The notes under the pieces were generated by a model that was not told the DNA's origin, ran no database searches, and saw only the letters and a list, made by a program, of their open reading frames with translations. From positions 16,842,484 through 16,906,483 of the forward strand of contig NC_057732.1 in NCBI RefSeq assembly GCF_004010195.1: a DNA stretch of 64,000 bases. The letters are read 5' to 3'. Position numbers and translations under genes: made by a program. Shown piece after piece: positions 39,791-52,997 of this stretch (within the stretch, counting starts at the first letter, position 1; the number at the start of each line of letters is the position of its first letter). The DNA is from Chiloscyllium plagiosum (Eukaryota).

Positions 39791-39949
39791 AAGTATAAGA
39801 CAATAATCAAAAAGGGAGCATGAACTATACACATAATATAGCAACACTGAACCCAGATTTTACAACTTATTTATTTTGCTGAACTGCAAATAAACATGAA
39901 ACACAAATTGACATCCAAGGTTGTGCACATGAAGACTGTGACAAATTAG

Positions 39950-40580
39950 ACTGGCCCACAAAAGCAAACCACTCAAAGACTGCCTGTAAAAATGACCCCA
40001 AGCATCCAGTTGCCTGTCATACCAATGTGTTCTCATGCCAACATTTCTGTTGCAGGCTTGCTGCAGTATTTCAGCAAGTCTCAGCGCAAACTTGAAGTAC
40101 AACATCTCATTGGGATCCTACAGCCTCTGGGACTCAACACTGAGTGCAATAACTTGAGTCCAAATCTGTCCTTTCATTGTTTTTAACCTAACCCATCACC
40201 TGGTGCTGATATGACATGGGTTCCTTTTAAGAACAGCCAACCTATCCTCACCCACTCACAGGCCTATTACCGTATTACATAGGCTTTCAGCACAATCTAC
40301 AATTCTCTCCTACTTTCAGCTCTCATTAGCACTTATTCATCTTCTCATTTGTCCTGGTCTACAATCAATAATCCCCCCAGTTTACCTAACTCTTTTATTC
40401 TCTCTCTCGGCTCTGTCTCCACCTATCCGTTCCCCAGCGCCACCCCAATGTTTTCCCTGCTGTCACTTTTGTTGAAGAATCACCAGATTCAAAACATCAA
40501 CTTTACTTTCTCCCCACGTGGTTTTCACCAGCAATTACTGTTTTTCTTTCAGATCCCCAGCATCCACAGTTTTTTTTTTA
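39950..40580 (+). mobile_element. Old Penelope-like element 3' end
   Basis: SQRKLEVQHLI-GILQPLGLN (C-terminus of PLE GIY-YIG domain), pyrimidine-rich UTR, cagcatcc tail. Confidence 0.7.
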
Positions 40581-41176
40581 CTGCTCACAGGCTAGGCGTT
40601 TTCCAAAGAAAACAGAAGAGACAATGGTGAAAGACAAGTTTACCCGTTAACTGCTGTAGAAAGTCTACGAGCTTGCTTTGAAATGGTATGGTTTTCAGTT
40701 CATTTTTCAGTGAATGAGAGAAAGAGTTTAAAATTCAGACACAACTGAACAAATGTACTCTTATGTATTCTTCTGACAATATCCATAAAGTAAATGAAAT
40801 CCTAATTTATTAATTGCTCATTCTATCAAGATGTAATTAGTTGTAGTTTGAAATACTTTATCTTTCACCATCTAGGACAAATGCAGTACATAGCCTAAAT
40901 ATGCGGGTTGGCTATTTCTTATTTTATATTTGATTACATTCCCATCTTTCTAATCTATACCCTCCTTTTTCAGTTAAGTGGAGATACTTGATCTTGATAT
41001 TGGCATTCCAAGGAAGTCAATGCTGCTCTATTTTTGATCTGATAAACCAAGAGAGAATGCACTTTAGTAGCTAAAATTACCTCCTTTAATGCAAGTTCTC
41101 TTTACAAGATTCCAAGCTGATAAAATCTATGCTGTAATATATTTCACTGTTGTCACTAGTAAGATGGAATTAATAC

Positions 41177-41376
41177 CTTTGTTTTCTTCATTTCTCCCAC
41201 TTCCTGCTGCAGTTTTCTCAACTGTTTTTCATACTGTGCTTGATTTTTTAGCAATCGAGCATGTTCCTTTTGGGCGGTGTGCAACTTCTGCAATTCTTTA
41301 TTCATGACTTGAAGTTTCTTTTCATATTCTGATTTAATTTTATTTGCTTTTTCTTCAGAGTAAGATTCCACTGAAC
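41177..41376 (-). CDS. KIF21A: KIF21A exon, 200 nt: (G)[66 protein letters not shown]
   Basis: tag|GT acceptor, AAG|gtatta donor; ORF 41156..41512. Confidence 0.96.
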
Positions 41377-41581
41377 CTAGAATACCCACATTTTTGAATT
41401 TAATAAAACTCAATGTCAAAAATATTACATAATGAATATTCTGGCTGTATTTATTACACACTTTCACAAATTTATTAAGTATGAACTTAATTACTTTCCT
41501 GCTTGAAGGCAAGACGACACCACAGAGACTTAAACTTGCCTAATTAGAAAAAAGAATATTGGAAGGATAAAAATATTTTTA

Positions 41582-41824
<243 letters not shown>

Positions 41825-41920
41825 TTAAAAAAAGTACAATTAAATGAAATCAAAAGTTAGAAAAATTGTCAGTTATTTTGTCATGAGCTTAATATTAAAG
41901 ATCAATGGTTTCCTCATGAC

Positions 41921-42108
41921 TTGGAGGTGCCAGTGTTGGATGGGGTGGACAAAGTTAAAAATCACAAAACACCAGGTTTTAGTCCAACAGGTTTATTTGG
42001 ATCCACTAGCTTTCAGAGCACTGCTCCTTCATCAAGTGGTTGATGAACAAGCGGCATTCCAAAAGCTAGTGCTTTCAAATAAACCTATTGGACTATAACC
42101 TAATGTTT
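41921..42108. mobile_element. PLE family-3 inverted pLTR pair (palindrome)
   Basis: Matches 63387-63505; arms about 41967-42035 and 42040-42108. Confidence 0.85.
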
Positions 42109-43222
42109 TCCTCGTGGAAAAAAAAACAGTCCCAGAACTCTCATCAAAAATAAACAAACAATCTAGTTCTACTTATTCAAACCAAAGTGACCACTAATTA
42201 TGAATTAGAGCCATCAATAAAATTCCTATTCATCATACCCTTGAAGATTTTAAGTTTGCACTCATTCTGAAATGTAAATGCAGGAGGTATTTATTTTAGC
42301 TTTAATATTGGGTCACAGAATGATTTCAATTAACTTTTTGCACAAAGAAATTTCTCAATCTTTTCATTCACTCATAGATTAATCCTAAATTTATCCTCTT
42401 ATAACAAATTCAATCGTAGGAATGATACATTGTTGAACTCTTTTAAAGCATTTGAAAATTTCAAAAACTTTTCTTTAGATGTGCCAATTCTAGTATATTC
42501 TTAATAAATATTTGTATCTTTACCATGACTTCCAGTACTTTAATGAAAATTGGATGTCTCAAAATTGCACAAAATATTTCAATTCAACCTTTGAAATGTA
42601 AATGTTTGATTCGACAATGCATGGATTTTACAATCAAAGGTTTTACACAAAAATCGTGGAAATTTTCTCATTTTTAACCACTTGCAATTCTGCTTTAAAA
42701 AGATCTGCTCACAAAAACTTCAATTCTGCTACTTCACTGGGGAAAAAAAAACACTCGCCTGTGGTTTTGATTCAAACCACTGTGATTTAGTGAGAGAATC
42801 CCATGTAACAGCATTACCTGGAGGAAGTTGAATTACTACTTCAAGTGAAAGTACATCGAACATTTGGACAGGGGGATAACAGAGAATGGAATTCATACAA
42901 TCCAAGTAACCCTGGTGTCAGTGACAGATCAGTGCTGAAGTGGTATCAGTTTGAGCCAAATTAGGAATGATGTCAGAATGAGATCACCCAAAACTGAAAC
43001 CACTCAGGATCTGAAAGCATATGAAATTAATCCCTCTAAAGGCACTCAAGAAGAAAATCTTGACTGAATTGTCTGCATCATCTGAAAATACTACTTCAGC
43101 TTGATGCATTCAAAGGAAAGTCTAAGGATCAAGAATCTTGAGCAAAAGTCCAATTGTGACTAGCTCAAACCAAGATCGAACTGTGCTACTTTATAAAACA
43201 AAATGCATGGTAAAGGCATTAC

Positions 43223-43334
43223 CTTCATCATCTAACTCAGAGTCAGAGTCATCCGAACTTTCACTTATTTCTAAGTCATCCTCTTCAGCATCCTCATCAC
43301 CTTCTTCATGGTCACTGCATTCTTGACCTTCCTC
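43223..43334 (-). CDS. KIF21A: KIF21A exon, 112 nt, acidic linker: EEGQECSDHEEGDEDAEEDDLEISESSDDSDSELDDE
   Basis: aag|GAG acceptor after a 75-nt intron, G|gtaatg donor, phase 0-1. Confidence 0.92.
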
Positions 43335-43409
43335 CTTGAAAAGTGATTTGAGTCATTTACACTTGAACTGTCAACTTCAAATCACTGAAGATATTTACAC
43401 CAGACTTAC

Positions 43410-43491
43410 CTCTTCCAAGTCATTCTTTTCTTTTTCCTCAATGTTTTTCTCATCTAGTCTTTCACCTTCAGGATTCTCCTCTTTAATGATA
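43410..43491 (-). CDS. KIF21A: KIF21A exon, 82 nt: (S)IIKEENPEGERLDEKNIEEKEKNDLEE
   Basis: tag|T acceptor, GAG|gtaagt donor, phase 2-0; divergent charged linker. Confidence 0.9.
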
Positions 43492-44071
43492 CTATTAAAA
43501 AATCATGAACTAATTATTTTTCCATAGTTTAAAATTGTACACTAGCCTCAAAAGCAAATCCTGATGTTAATACAACTTGCATACAATGCAAATTACTCAA
43601 TATTTTTTGTGGAAATTGGATGTCAAAGCCAAAACAAAGTATAATTGATTCATATACAACTTTTGTATTATTTGATCTTTAGATATAAAGATAATTGTCA
43701 TCCGAAGGATGCGATCTTGCAAACGGTTATTCTTTTTAAAATAATACTTTTCAGCCATGGAGCTTGTGGGGGAAAGAGAGATGTTTTGACAATTAAAAAT
43801 AATAACTGCAAGAATTGCTGCAAGTTAAAATGTGGGGGGGGGGGGGTATATATCACGTAGATGCAAACATAATTACAATTTAAGGACTTCAGTCTTGAAT
43901 ATACTTGAATCTGAATAGAAACATTTCGTTGAAGCTATTAATCCTGTACTCAATGAAAGGTGGAAAGCTTTGACAAAATATGATCAGTATTAAACTGACA
44001 CTATTTTAAATACTGAATCATAACTTAAAATCAAGACAATTTATGAAGAATGAACCATATTTTGTGCTTAC

Positions 44072-44269
44072 CTTTTCTTCTTTTTCCTTTCTTTTTTCTT
44101 GAGTTTTTCCAAGTCCTTTTTAGCCATTTCTAAGACTTCCATTGCTCCTTTTTCTGAGCCAAGAACAGAGCCAGCGAAGGTGCCATTCAGGTAAAGCGGT
44201 CTTGAGGAAGCCCTTGACAGGTTACGCCGAAGGTTTTCATTCATTGCTTCACTCTCAAACAGTTTTGAT
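44072..44269 (-). CDS. KIF21A: KIF21A exon, 198 nt: [65 protein letters not shown]
   Basis: tag|A acceptor, AG|gtaagc donor, phase 2-2. Confidence 0.95.
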
Positions 44270-44695
44270 CTAAAGATAAATAAGAAATGTCAGGATAAGA
44301 ATGGGACTATCTGCTTGAGATAATCATATAAAAACAGTACAAAACATCCTGTAGAGCATAATTACCCTCACTCAAAATTGTGCAGGTGCACAACTTATGT
44401 GGAAGGCAATTAAGTCTGCAAAATATATATTACTGCATTATCTTAGGAAAGAGAAACAACTTCAAGCATTTATTTGGATGGTTCTTCTTTGATTAATCAA
44501 CAGAGATTAAATAAGCAATCTCGAATCAGTTGTGTATAGTCTGTTGGAACGCTGGAGCTTAATGTTTCTTAGTGAATTGTCACTCATCCTTTTAACACCT
44601 CCAATAACTTCTTTGCTCTATCTTTTGAGTTATTTAAAACAAAATGCATGATTCAACATAGCATATTTATTTCTACTTAACAAAATCAGATTTAC

Positions 44696-44759
44696 CGGAG
44701 GTCTTCAACTTCTTGGATATAATTCTGAATCATTGCACTAATCTCTTCATTGCCATCTC
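44696..44759 (-). CDS. KIF21A: KIF21A exon, 64 nt: (G)DGNEEISAMIQNYIQEVEDL(R)
   Basis: cag|GA acceptor, CG|gtaaat donor, phase 1-2. Confidence 0.95.
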
Positions 44760-45939
44760 CTGTAATTTAGGGAGAATTAAGAAGTTAGTTTAGTTTAATA
44801 AGGCACAAATATAACTCATGATTTCAGGAAAGGAGGGGTCAAGTTAGAAACACAGGAAAGGAAAAATTATATACATTTGGAAAAAATCTCAGAACAAAAC
44901 AAAAAAAGTCCTGTAATCTCTTAAAATCTAATTAAATCAGATCCATAGTCTGTCTCGCCACTCAGTGTCGAGTGACAGCAGGAATCCACCAGTAAACCAA
45001 ATTTTGCATGCAACCCCAAATTATGGTTTGCCTTCCAGAGTTCTATCGAAGTTCAGAAAGCTGTATCAAAGGATCCATGCGACTAAATTGCAAAAGTTCA
45101 ATCTTAGTTCTGTCAAATTCCAGAATCTCCACCCAACTTTAACAAATACTAGAGCATTTAAAAAAAAACTATTTTCCTACTACAGAGTTCCCTACACAGC
45201 TAATTGATCAATGCAAGGTAAGATTGACTATTCTATTAACAAGACTAAGGTAAAAGCTAGATGTTTTTCTTCAGCACAGTAGGATTTGTTAGGCACATCA
45301 GAAGTAACATGATACGAAATATCCACAAAGTCCAAGAACTCCACAGCCAAACTCCACTGATATGGGAGCAGGTGTTGTGTTACATCTTCCCACCATCACC
45401 CAAAAGGAAATTCCTTGCTTTCACTTTAGAAGGTGGAATTCTGGATGAGTTCACTTACCATTTTTCCCTGCATTTATAGAGCTCTACACAGAAAATGCTT
45501 AATAAAAAAAAATATTTGCAACACAACGGTATTACAATGTACCAGATGAAAGGCTTGCTTTCATTGCTGTCACATGCTAGTGACTAAATGATTGAATTCA
45601 GTAGTTTCAGAATATGTCCAAGGAAAAGATTTGCTTTGCTGTTATGCCAGTGAACATGTAATAATTATTAACTGAATGTTTAACATGACTTTCAGTAAAA
45701 TGACACTCTAAGATCCTTTAAGACAAAAACAATATTTCCCAATTTTTGAAACTGCAAAATTTAATGTTTCAACTAAAGAAAAATACTGCAGATGCTGGAA
45801 ATCTGAAATAAATCACAAAGTACTGGAAAAACCCAGCAGTTTCAGCAGCATCTGCAGAGAAAGGAACAGATTTAAACGTGGAGTCCAAAATGACTCTTGT
45901 TTCTCAAAGTTGTTTTGCTTAAAAGAAATCAAAGGTTAC

Positions 45940-46129
45940 CTGATTTGGCAAGTACTTGGTGAACCTGATCACTGAGCAGTTGTGTTATTCTTGCCCTCAA
46001 GGATTCTATGGTCTCCTGCATTGCTTTAATCCTCATTCTCAAATTGTTGTTTTCAGTCTGCAGCATAGTATTTTCATGGAACATATCATTGATACTCTCA
46101 ACACCATCATCTCCTATTATTCTCTTGCC
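45940..46129 (-). CDS. KIF21A: KIF21A exon, 190 nt: [63 protein letters not shown]
   Basis: tag|GGC acceptor, G|gtaacc donor, phase 0-1. Confidence 0.96.
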
Positions 46130-47454
46130 CTAAAAATAAAACGGAAACTGAAATGTCACAATTAAGTACCTTTCACAGCTAGTTTGTTAAACTTAACCAA
46201 ACTCATGGCAGTCTTCTTAGTCGTCTGGTGTCAGTACCACTTTATCTGAAAAAAACGTTTCCCATCCACACCAATAACATGGTTCCTTCACCTCAAAATA
46301 TTAGAATTACATAATATTGGTATGAAAGCAACCATTTCAGCCAGCATATCCTGCTCTTTAAGAATTGACCATAATGCCAGTAATTGATGCAAGCCAATAT
46401 CTCAACACTATTATTCATTCTTGCCAATGCAAACACCAGAGTCACATTTGACATAAAGGATTTAGTCTGTTTCGGAGGGAATAATGGACATAAGAGAACA
46501 GGAGTCTGCAATGGAAGGGTAGAAGCAAAAATTTCCTGGTTCAAAAGGTTTAGTTGATCTCTCTTAGTTGCACAATTCAGGAATTTTGAGTAGGCAATGC
46601 CTGTAAACATGATAATATCCAAGCCTGACTCTTCAATCGAGTCTTGTGCAATCAAACAATATCCCAACAGGTTTTATGCAGAAACTGAAGTTGATGTATC
46701 AATCTCTGTACATATAGATTGGTTATATCATTGGGCTACTAATTCAGGAAGTGCAAGTTCAAAGCCCACCACAGAAGTTTGAGAATCAAAACTTAGCTAA
46801 TAAAGAAGTGTCGAATTGGAAAATTGGCATCAATTAGAAATGACAATGAAACTGGAAGACTTCTGGAGTAATGTAAATGGATCACTAGTGTTTTCAAGGC
46901 AGAAATATATTACCCTTACATACTTTAGAAAAGATTTGACTCCAGTTGTTGACTCTTAAAAGACCTCTAAATTGGTCCAATAAGGAATTAAGCTGCATCA
47001 GATTATTGAAAAGCTTTGAAGTTCTCCAATGTCTCACCCAATGGTTATCAGGGCAATGAAATGCACTCCATTTGTCTAGATTTGACCAAAAAAAACCCTC
47101 AACATTATCGAAGGCAAAGCAGTCACAATAGCTTTCTGTTCAATTTAAACAACAACTATGGCATCCACTTGACATTGTGTTTCATGGATGATGTATGCAG
47201 TGCCATACTACCAAGGCAAATCTGTCAGTTCCTTTCAATCTCATGATTCCCAGTGCCTAGAACAAATGAATATGATGCAACAATCTCCACCTTCCCCGCT
47301 AAACTGACACACCACTCCAAATTAGATACATATAATTGTTCCTTCATTGTTGTTGGATCAAATCAGAGCATCCTATCTAATGGCATTGTAGAAGTCACTT
47401 CATTGCCCAGTCTATACATGTTCAAGAAGGATTCTGTTACTTCCTTTCCTTTGC

Positions 47455-48620
47455 ATAGAAGACACAGGAACAAAAGTAGGCTATTTGGCACTTCAAGTGT
47501 ACCTGGCATTCTATAACATCATAATTAGAGTCATAGAGATGTACAGCATGGAAACAGACCCTTCGGTCCAACCTGTCCATGTCGACCAGATATCCCAACC
47601 CAATACAGTCCCACCTGCCAGCACCCGGCCCATTCTTCTATCACAGGCATCAACTCCTCTTTCGTGCCTGGCTGCACAACTCTCAACTCCCCAATGTTTC
47701 AAAAATCTATCTACCTCCTCCTCAAATGCTTTCAGGGAAGTAGTCTGAGTTTTTGTCCGAAATTCTGTATTGCATTCAATACCCTATGGGAGAAGGAATT
47801 TGTTCACATCTCAGTTTGAACTCTATCCCCTAGCTCGAGATTCATTCCAATAGGGAAACATCTTCCCAATACTTACCCTGTCAAGCCCCTCCAGAATTTT
47901 GTCAGTAAGATTATCCATTAGAGTTTAGATGAGTAAAAGCCGAATCTGTTTAGCTATTGATACTTCAATCCCCTTCATCCCAGGAATCAGCCTGGTGAAT
48001 TTCTTTTGAACTGCCTTCATTGCTAATATATTTTGTCTTAAATATGGGGACCAAACTGTACAGCACTCCAGGTATGGCCTCACCAAAACCCTGTACAGTT
48101 GCAAAAAAAAAAAACTTTTTGAACTCCAATCCCCTTTCAATGAAGGCCAAAATTCTATTTGCTTTTTTAATTACTCACTGAACCTGTATGCTAACTGTTT
48201 TATGCACAAGAATACTCAGATCGCAATACTACACTTTTTCTGAGAGAGTCTCTGCCTATTTAAATAATAGCATGTTTTTTGTTCCTTCCTATGCAAGTGC
48301 ACGACCTCACATTATTCTACACAGCCAAGTTATTGCTCACCCACTCAAACTATATCCATATTCCCTGGCAAATTTATGCTATCATGACAACATGCCTTCC
48401 CCAACAACTTTTGTGTCACCAGCAACTTTGGATACATCACCCTCTGCCCCCTCCTCCAATTCATTAACACAAATAGCAAATATTTGCAGCTGTCAAACTG
48501 ATCACTCTGGCATTTCAGTAGTTATGTCTTTCCAACCCAAAAAAGACCCATTAATTCTGACTATGTTAATCAATCCCTAATCCATGCTAACTTCCAATAT
48601 TTTGAGAGCTCCTTGTGCAA
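47455..48620 (-). mobile_element. Old CR1 3' portion with a younger CR1 tail nested at about 47525-47635
   Basis: LQLYRVLVRPYLECC-TVWSPYL...KFTRLIPGM. Confidence 0.85.
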
Positions 48621-48970
48621 TCTTTCACGTGGCACTGTACTATATCTATTAGTTCTGAAGAGGAGTCATACTGGACTCAAAACATTAACTCTGATTCTCT
48701 CTCCATAGGTGCTGTCAAATTTGCTGAGATTCTCCAGCATTGCATTTGTTTCAGGTTGCAGAATCTGATATCTTCTCTGGTATTCCATTAAATCTCCCTT
48801 TTTTATATTCCTTGGTTTTTTATTAGATCTGCTCCTTAACCACCCTTACGAACCAGAGGTAGTTATCCCTCTCATTTAGCGCTTTTTTTAGACCAGAATA
48901 AATTTGTGCTAACTGTTATGAAATATCAGCTTAAGTGTCTGCCATTGCACATCTACTGATTTTTTATAAA

Positions 48971-49273
48971 ATTCCCTACAGTATGGAAACAGGCCATTTG
49001 GCCCAACAAGTCCACACGAACCCTCCGAAGAGTAACCCACCCAGACATGATATTTATCCCTGACTATTGCACCTAACACTATGGGCAATTTAGCATGGGC
49101 AATTCACCTGACCTGCACATCACTAGATTGTGGGAGGAAACTGGAGCACCCGGAGGAAACTCACGCAGACACGGGGAGAAAGTGCAAACCCCACACAGAC
49201 AGTCAACCGTGACAGGAATTGAACCAAAGTCCCTGGTGCTATGAGGCAGCAGTGCTAACCATTGAGCCACCAT
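48971..49273 (-). mobile_element. HE1-type V-SINE
   Basis: Reverse complement of 8440-8758 with A/B boxes and V-domain. Confidence 0.9.
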
Positions 49274-49932
49274 CTACCCCTTAATCTATCTTCGCAGGTC
49301 ACTTCAGACAACCTTTTCTTCATAACTTTATACCTTCCCTTATTTCAGTTCAGAACATTGGTTTGAGATCCAAGGTACTCACCCTCAAACTGAACTTGAA
49401 ATGCTACCATACTGAGATTGCTATCAATTACACAAGACCCTTGACCAAGAGATTGCTCATTAATGCAACTTCATTACAAGATTAAAATAGCCTCTACCTG
49501 GGTAGTTTCTGCAGCGTACTGCTGCAAGAAACATTCCCTGATACACTTGATGAAATTGGTCTCCCACATTACCCTTGCCAATCTGATTTGTTGAATCAAT
49601 ATGCAGATTAGAATTATCCATAGCAACTGTAGCCCTTCTTACATACCTTCATTTACTGATTTATATTTTGTCCTATAGTGTGGGAACTCCTCAGGGGTCT
49701 ACAGACTCCCATCCATCATTTCCTTTCTTTGTTATTCTTTATTTCCAGCCAACCTGATGGCACATCAAGATCTATCATAGCTAGATCACTACTGAGCACC
49801 ACTCTGATCCTTTCTTTTATTAATAAAGCTTCATCACCTCTTTTTTTTTTAAATGTCTATCCTGAAACGCCAAATAGCCCTTACTCTTAAAATCTCCCAG
49901 TCTTGGTCATCCGGCAATCACATCTCTGTAAT

Positions 49933-50272
49933 CATAGAATCCTTACAGTGTGCAAGCAGGCTATTCAGCCCATTGAGTCCACATCAAATCTCCGAACAGC
50001 ATCCCCCACACCTCTCCAGATTCACCCGCTTCCTGCACCTTGCGTTTCCCATTCCTAACCCACCGAGGCTGCACATCCCTGAACACTATAGTCAATTCAG
50101 CATGACCAATCCACCTAACTTGTACATCTTTGGACTGTGGGATGAAACCAGAGAATATGGAGGAAACCACGCAAACACAGGGAGAATGTGCAAACTCCAC
50201 ATAAACAAACAGTCACCTAAGGGTGTAAGCAAAGCCAGGTCCCTGGCACTGTGAGGCAGGTGCTAACCACTA
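49933..50272 (-). mobile_element. HE1-type V-SINE (older copy)
   Basis: V-domain reverse complement ggaggaaaccacgcaaacacagggagaatgtgcaaactccaca; lies within decayed CR1 sequence at about 48760-50460. Confidence 0.88.
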
Positions 50273-50488
50273 AGTGCAATATCACCCACCGTGCAATATT
50301 AGTCATCATGTCATATTCATTGATTTCTATTTGTATTGTTAACTTATCCATCTTGTTACACATACTTCATTCAGATTGAGAGAGTTAAACTTGAACTTTT
50401 TACTATCACTACTTATGCTGGTTCTAATTTCTGCTGCAGTTTTCTGCTTACACTTGATGCCCCTTCCTGTCATACTTGGATTATTAAA

Positions 50489-50809
50489 GCTGAAAATGTG
50501 TTGCTGGAAAAGCGCAGCAGGTCAGGCAGCATCCAGGGAACAGGAGAATCGACGTTTCGGGCATAAGCCCTTCTTCAGGAATGAGGAAAGTTTGTCCAGC
50601 AGGCTAAGATAAAAGGTAGGGAGGAGGGACTTGGGGGAGGGGTGTCGGAAATGTGATAGGTGGAAAGAGGTCAAGGTGAGGGTGATAGGTCAGACTGGGG
50701 TGGGGGCGGAGAGGTCGGGAAGAAGATTGCAGGTTAGGAAGGCGGTCCTGAATTCGATGGATTAGACTGAGACAAGGTGGAGGAGGGGAAATGAGGAAAC
50801 TGGTGAAAT
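50489..50809 (-). mobile_element. Young PLE family-1 pLTR with intact hammerhead core
   Basis: 13-bp TSD ttggattattaaa at 50476-50488 and 50810-50822; CpGs retained. Confidence 0.9.
50547..50582 (-). ncRNA. Minimal hammerhead ribozyme motif, sense to the KIF21A pre-mRNA
   Basis: attc-CTGAAGA-A-GGGC-ttat-GCCC-GAAAC-GTC-gatt; stem I weak (one U-U mismatch). Confidence 0.6.
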
Positions 50810-51667
50810 TTGGATTATTAAATGCCTCTTCATTATTCTGCACCCCTGCTGTCTCATTTCTTTTGATGTTTTTAAAACTTCCTTTCAGTTGAACAGCCTT
50901 TTCCATCACTAATTATTTGAAAGCCCTGACTTCAGCCTTCATTATACTATTTGCCTGGGCACAGATCCCAGCCTAATTCAAGAGAAGTCTGTCCCAACGG
51001 AATAGCTCCCTCATTCCCCAGTACTGGTGCTAGTACCCCATGAATATGAACTACTTTGAACCATTCATTTACCTCTCTAATTTAATTTACATTTCGTCAA
51101 CCTGCATGTTGGTTAGGTCGTAATCTGGAGGTTATTAGTTTGGAGATTCTACATTTTAATTTAGTTGCTTTCATCTGGTTTGGAACTTCCAAATTAATTT
51201 TACATTGAGGTAATCTATCCCTCACCAGTTCTACAATATCTTCCTTCAGGAAAAAAGCATTTTATACATTCAGCTTCCACTATGACCTTTGCAAACTGCT
51301 GAAGCTAAAAAAGCTTTTCAAGCTACAGGTATTTCCCATATACCAAAAGAGGAAAAATCTCAATTCCAGATTGTTCTAACTGAAGCCAAATGCACAACTA
51401 TTCACTTCTAAAACTTACCGAATGAAAACAAAATCATAATAAGTAACTCTCCAGTTAACGTTTAAAACACTTCATGGGCAGACCAAAACCTACATATGCC
51501 TCTGTTTCAAAACGTAAACTAAGTGATACTAAAATATATATGTTGCACCACAAAACTTACATGGTTCCTCGAAATATTGACTGAAGCAAGATCATCTCCA
51601 GCTTTGGGCAGCCTAAAGGATACTTCATAAAAACAAACAGGTAAATTTCTTTCCAATTTCCAAACTA

Positions 51668-51883
<216 letters not shown>

Positions 51884-52997
51884 CTAGGAAGTTCACGACG
51901 ACAGCAACATGTCAACTGTCACAATTAAGAAGTATTTATATCAGTTTAGTTACCTGAACAATTGAAGTATGTAATTGAAAGCTATACAAAAAAGTATAAT
52001 ATTTTAACGTACTGTAAAAAACATCCATCATGTTGAGTCTCAGTTCAGCAAATTCACAAATTTGCCTTTAACTTGGCAACATTTAGGCACTTCATTTTCC
52101 AATTTACCCATCAACTAGTAGGTAGCCTCACAGAATGTTAAGACATAGAAACAACTACAAACTCAAGTTATTTATATGACAGAATTTGCACAATGAACTA
52201 AATTCAGATTACAGCTATGCTGTTAAGAAAGGCATGAAACAGAGTTTTCTTAACCAAGCAGGTTTAAAATGAGAAAGCAAACTTTCTTGCTCAAAGAAAA
52301 TGTACTGTGCCAAGTCACTTAAATAGAAAAGAATAAATAACTTTCCCAATACTCATGTACTACATTTGGGCAGCTCAAATTAGTCAGTTTTGAATGGATT
52401 CTGTCATTTGTGTCAATGTTTACTTAGTTGAAAATATATATCCTAAATACCTGGCACATTTATTTGTTGGTTTAGCAGCTGTACAAGTTTGTAATTGCCA
52501 AGTTGAGAGACCTATAAAACAGTTGGCTGATTATCTGATCCTACTCTCTAGTCCCTTACACAAACTTAACACTTAGCAAGGCAGAGTTGGTGATCGTCAA
52601 TTTTGCAAAGATCTGCACCATTTCCCAAATGGTGCCATGATGAGCATAGAGGACTTTTAAAAAACTGCTATATCTAATATTGTTAATTTGTTTTATGGAA
52701 TAATTCGAGTAAAGGCCACAAGTAACTTGACAACAATGAAAAACTATTCCAATTTAATTGATTCTCAATATAGTTTTAGGAAAGCTTGGTTGTCAAATGC
52801 CAGTGGACTGCGAAAATCAATGTCAACATCACGGATCAACAACAGGGGAGACTTAGTTATTTCTGACAAAATAGTAATTGACTTTTTGTCTCCAGAGATA
52901 ATACCAGTAGTTCAGCAATTTCTATTTTAGATTTGCAGCATCTTCAGTATTTTACTTTTGTAATGTTAGATTGGTCTTATATGTTTCAACTCAGAAT

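Noticed and set aside
43335-43409. 75-nt intron as an in-frame retained intron
   Set aside because: Length is a multiple of 3 but it reads GTA AGT CTG GTG TAA, a stop at codon 5
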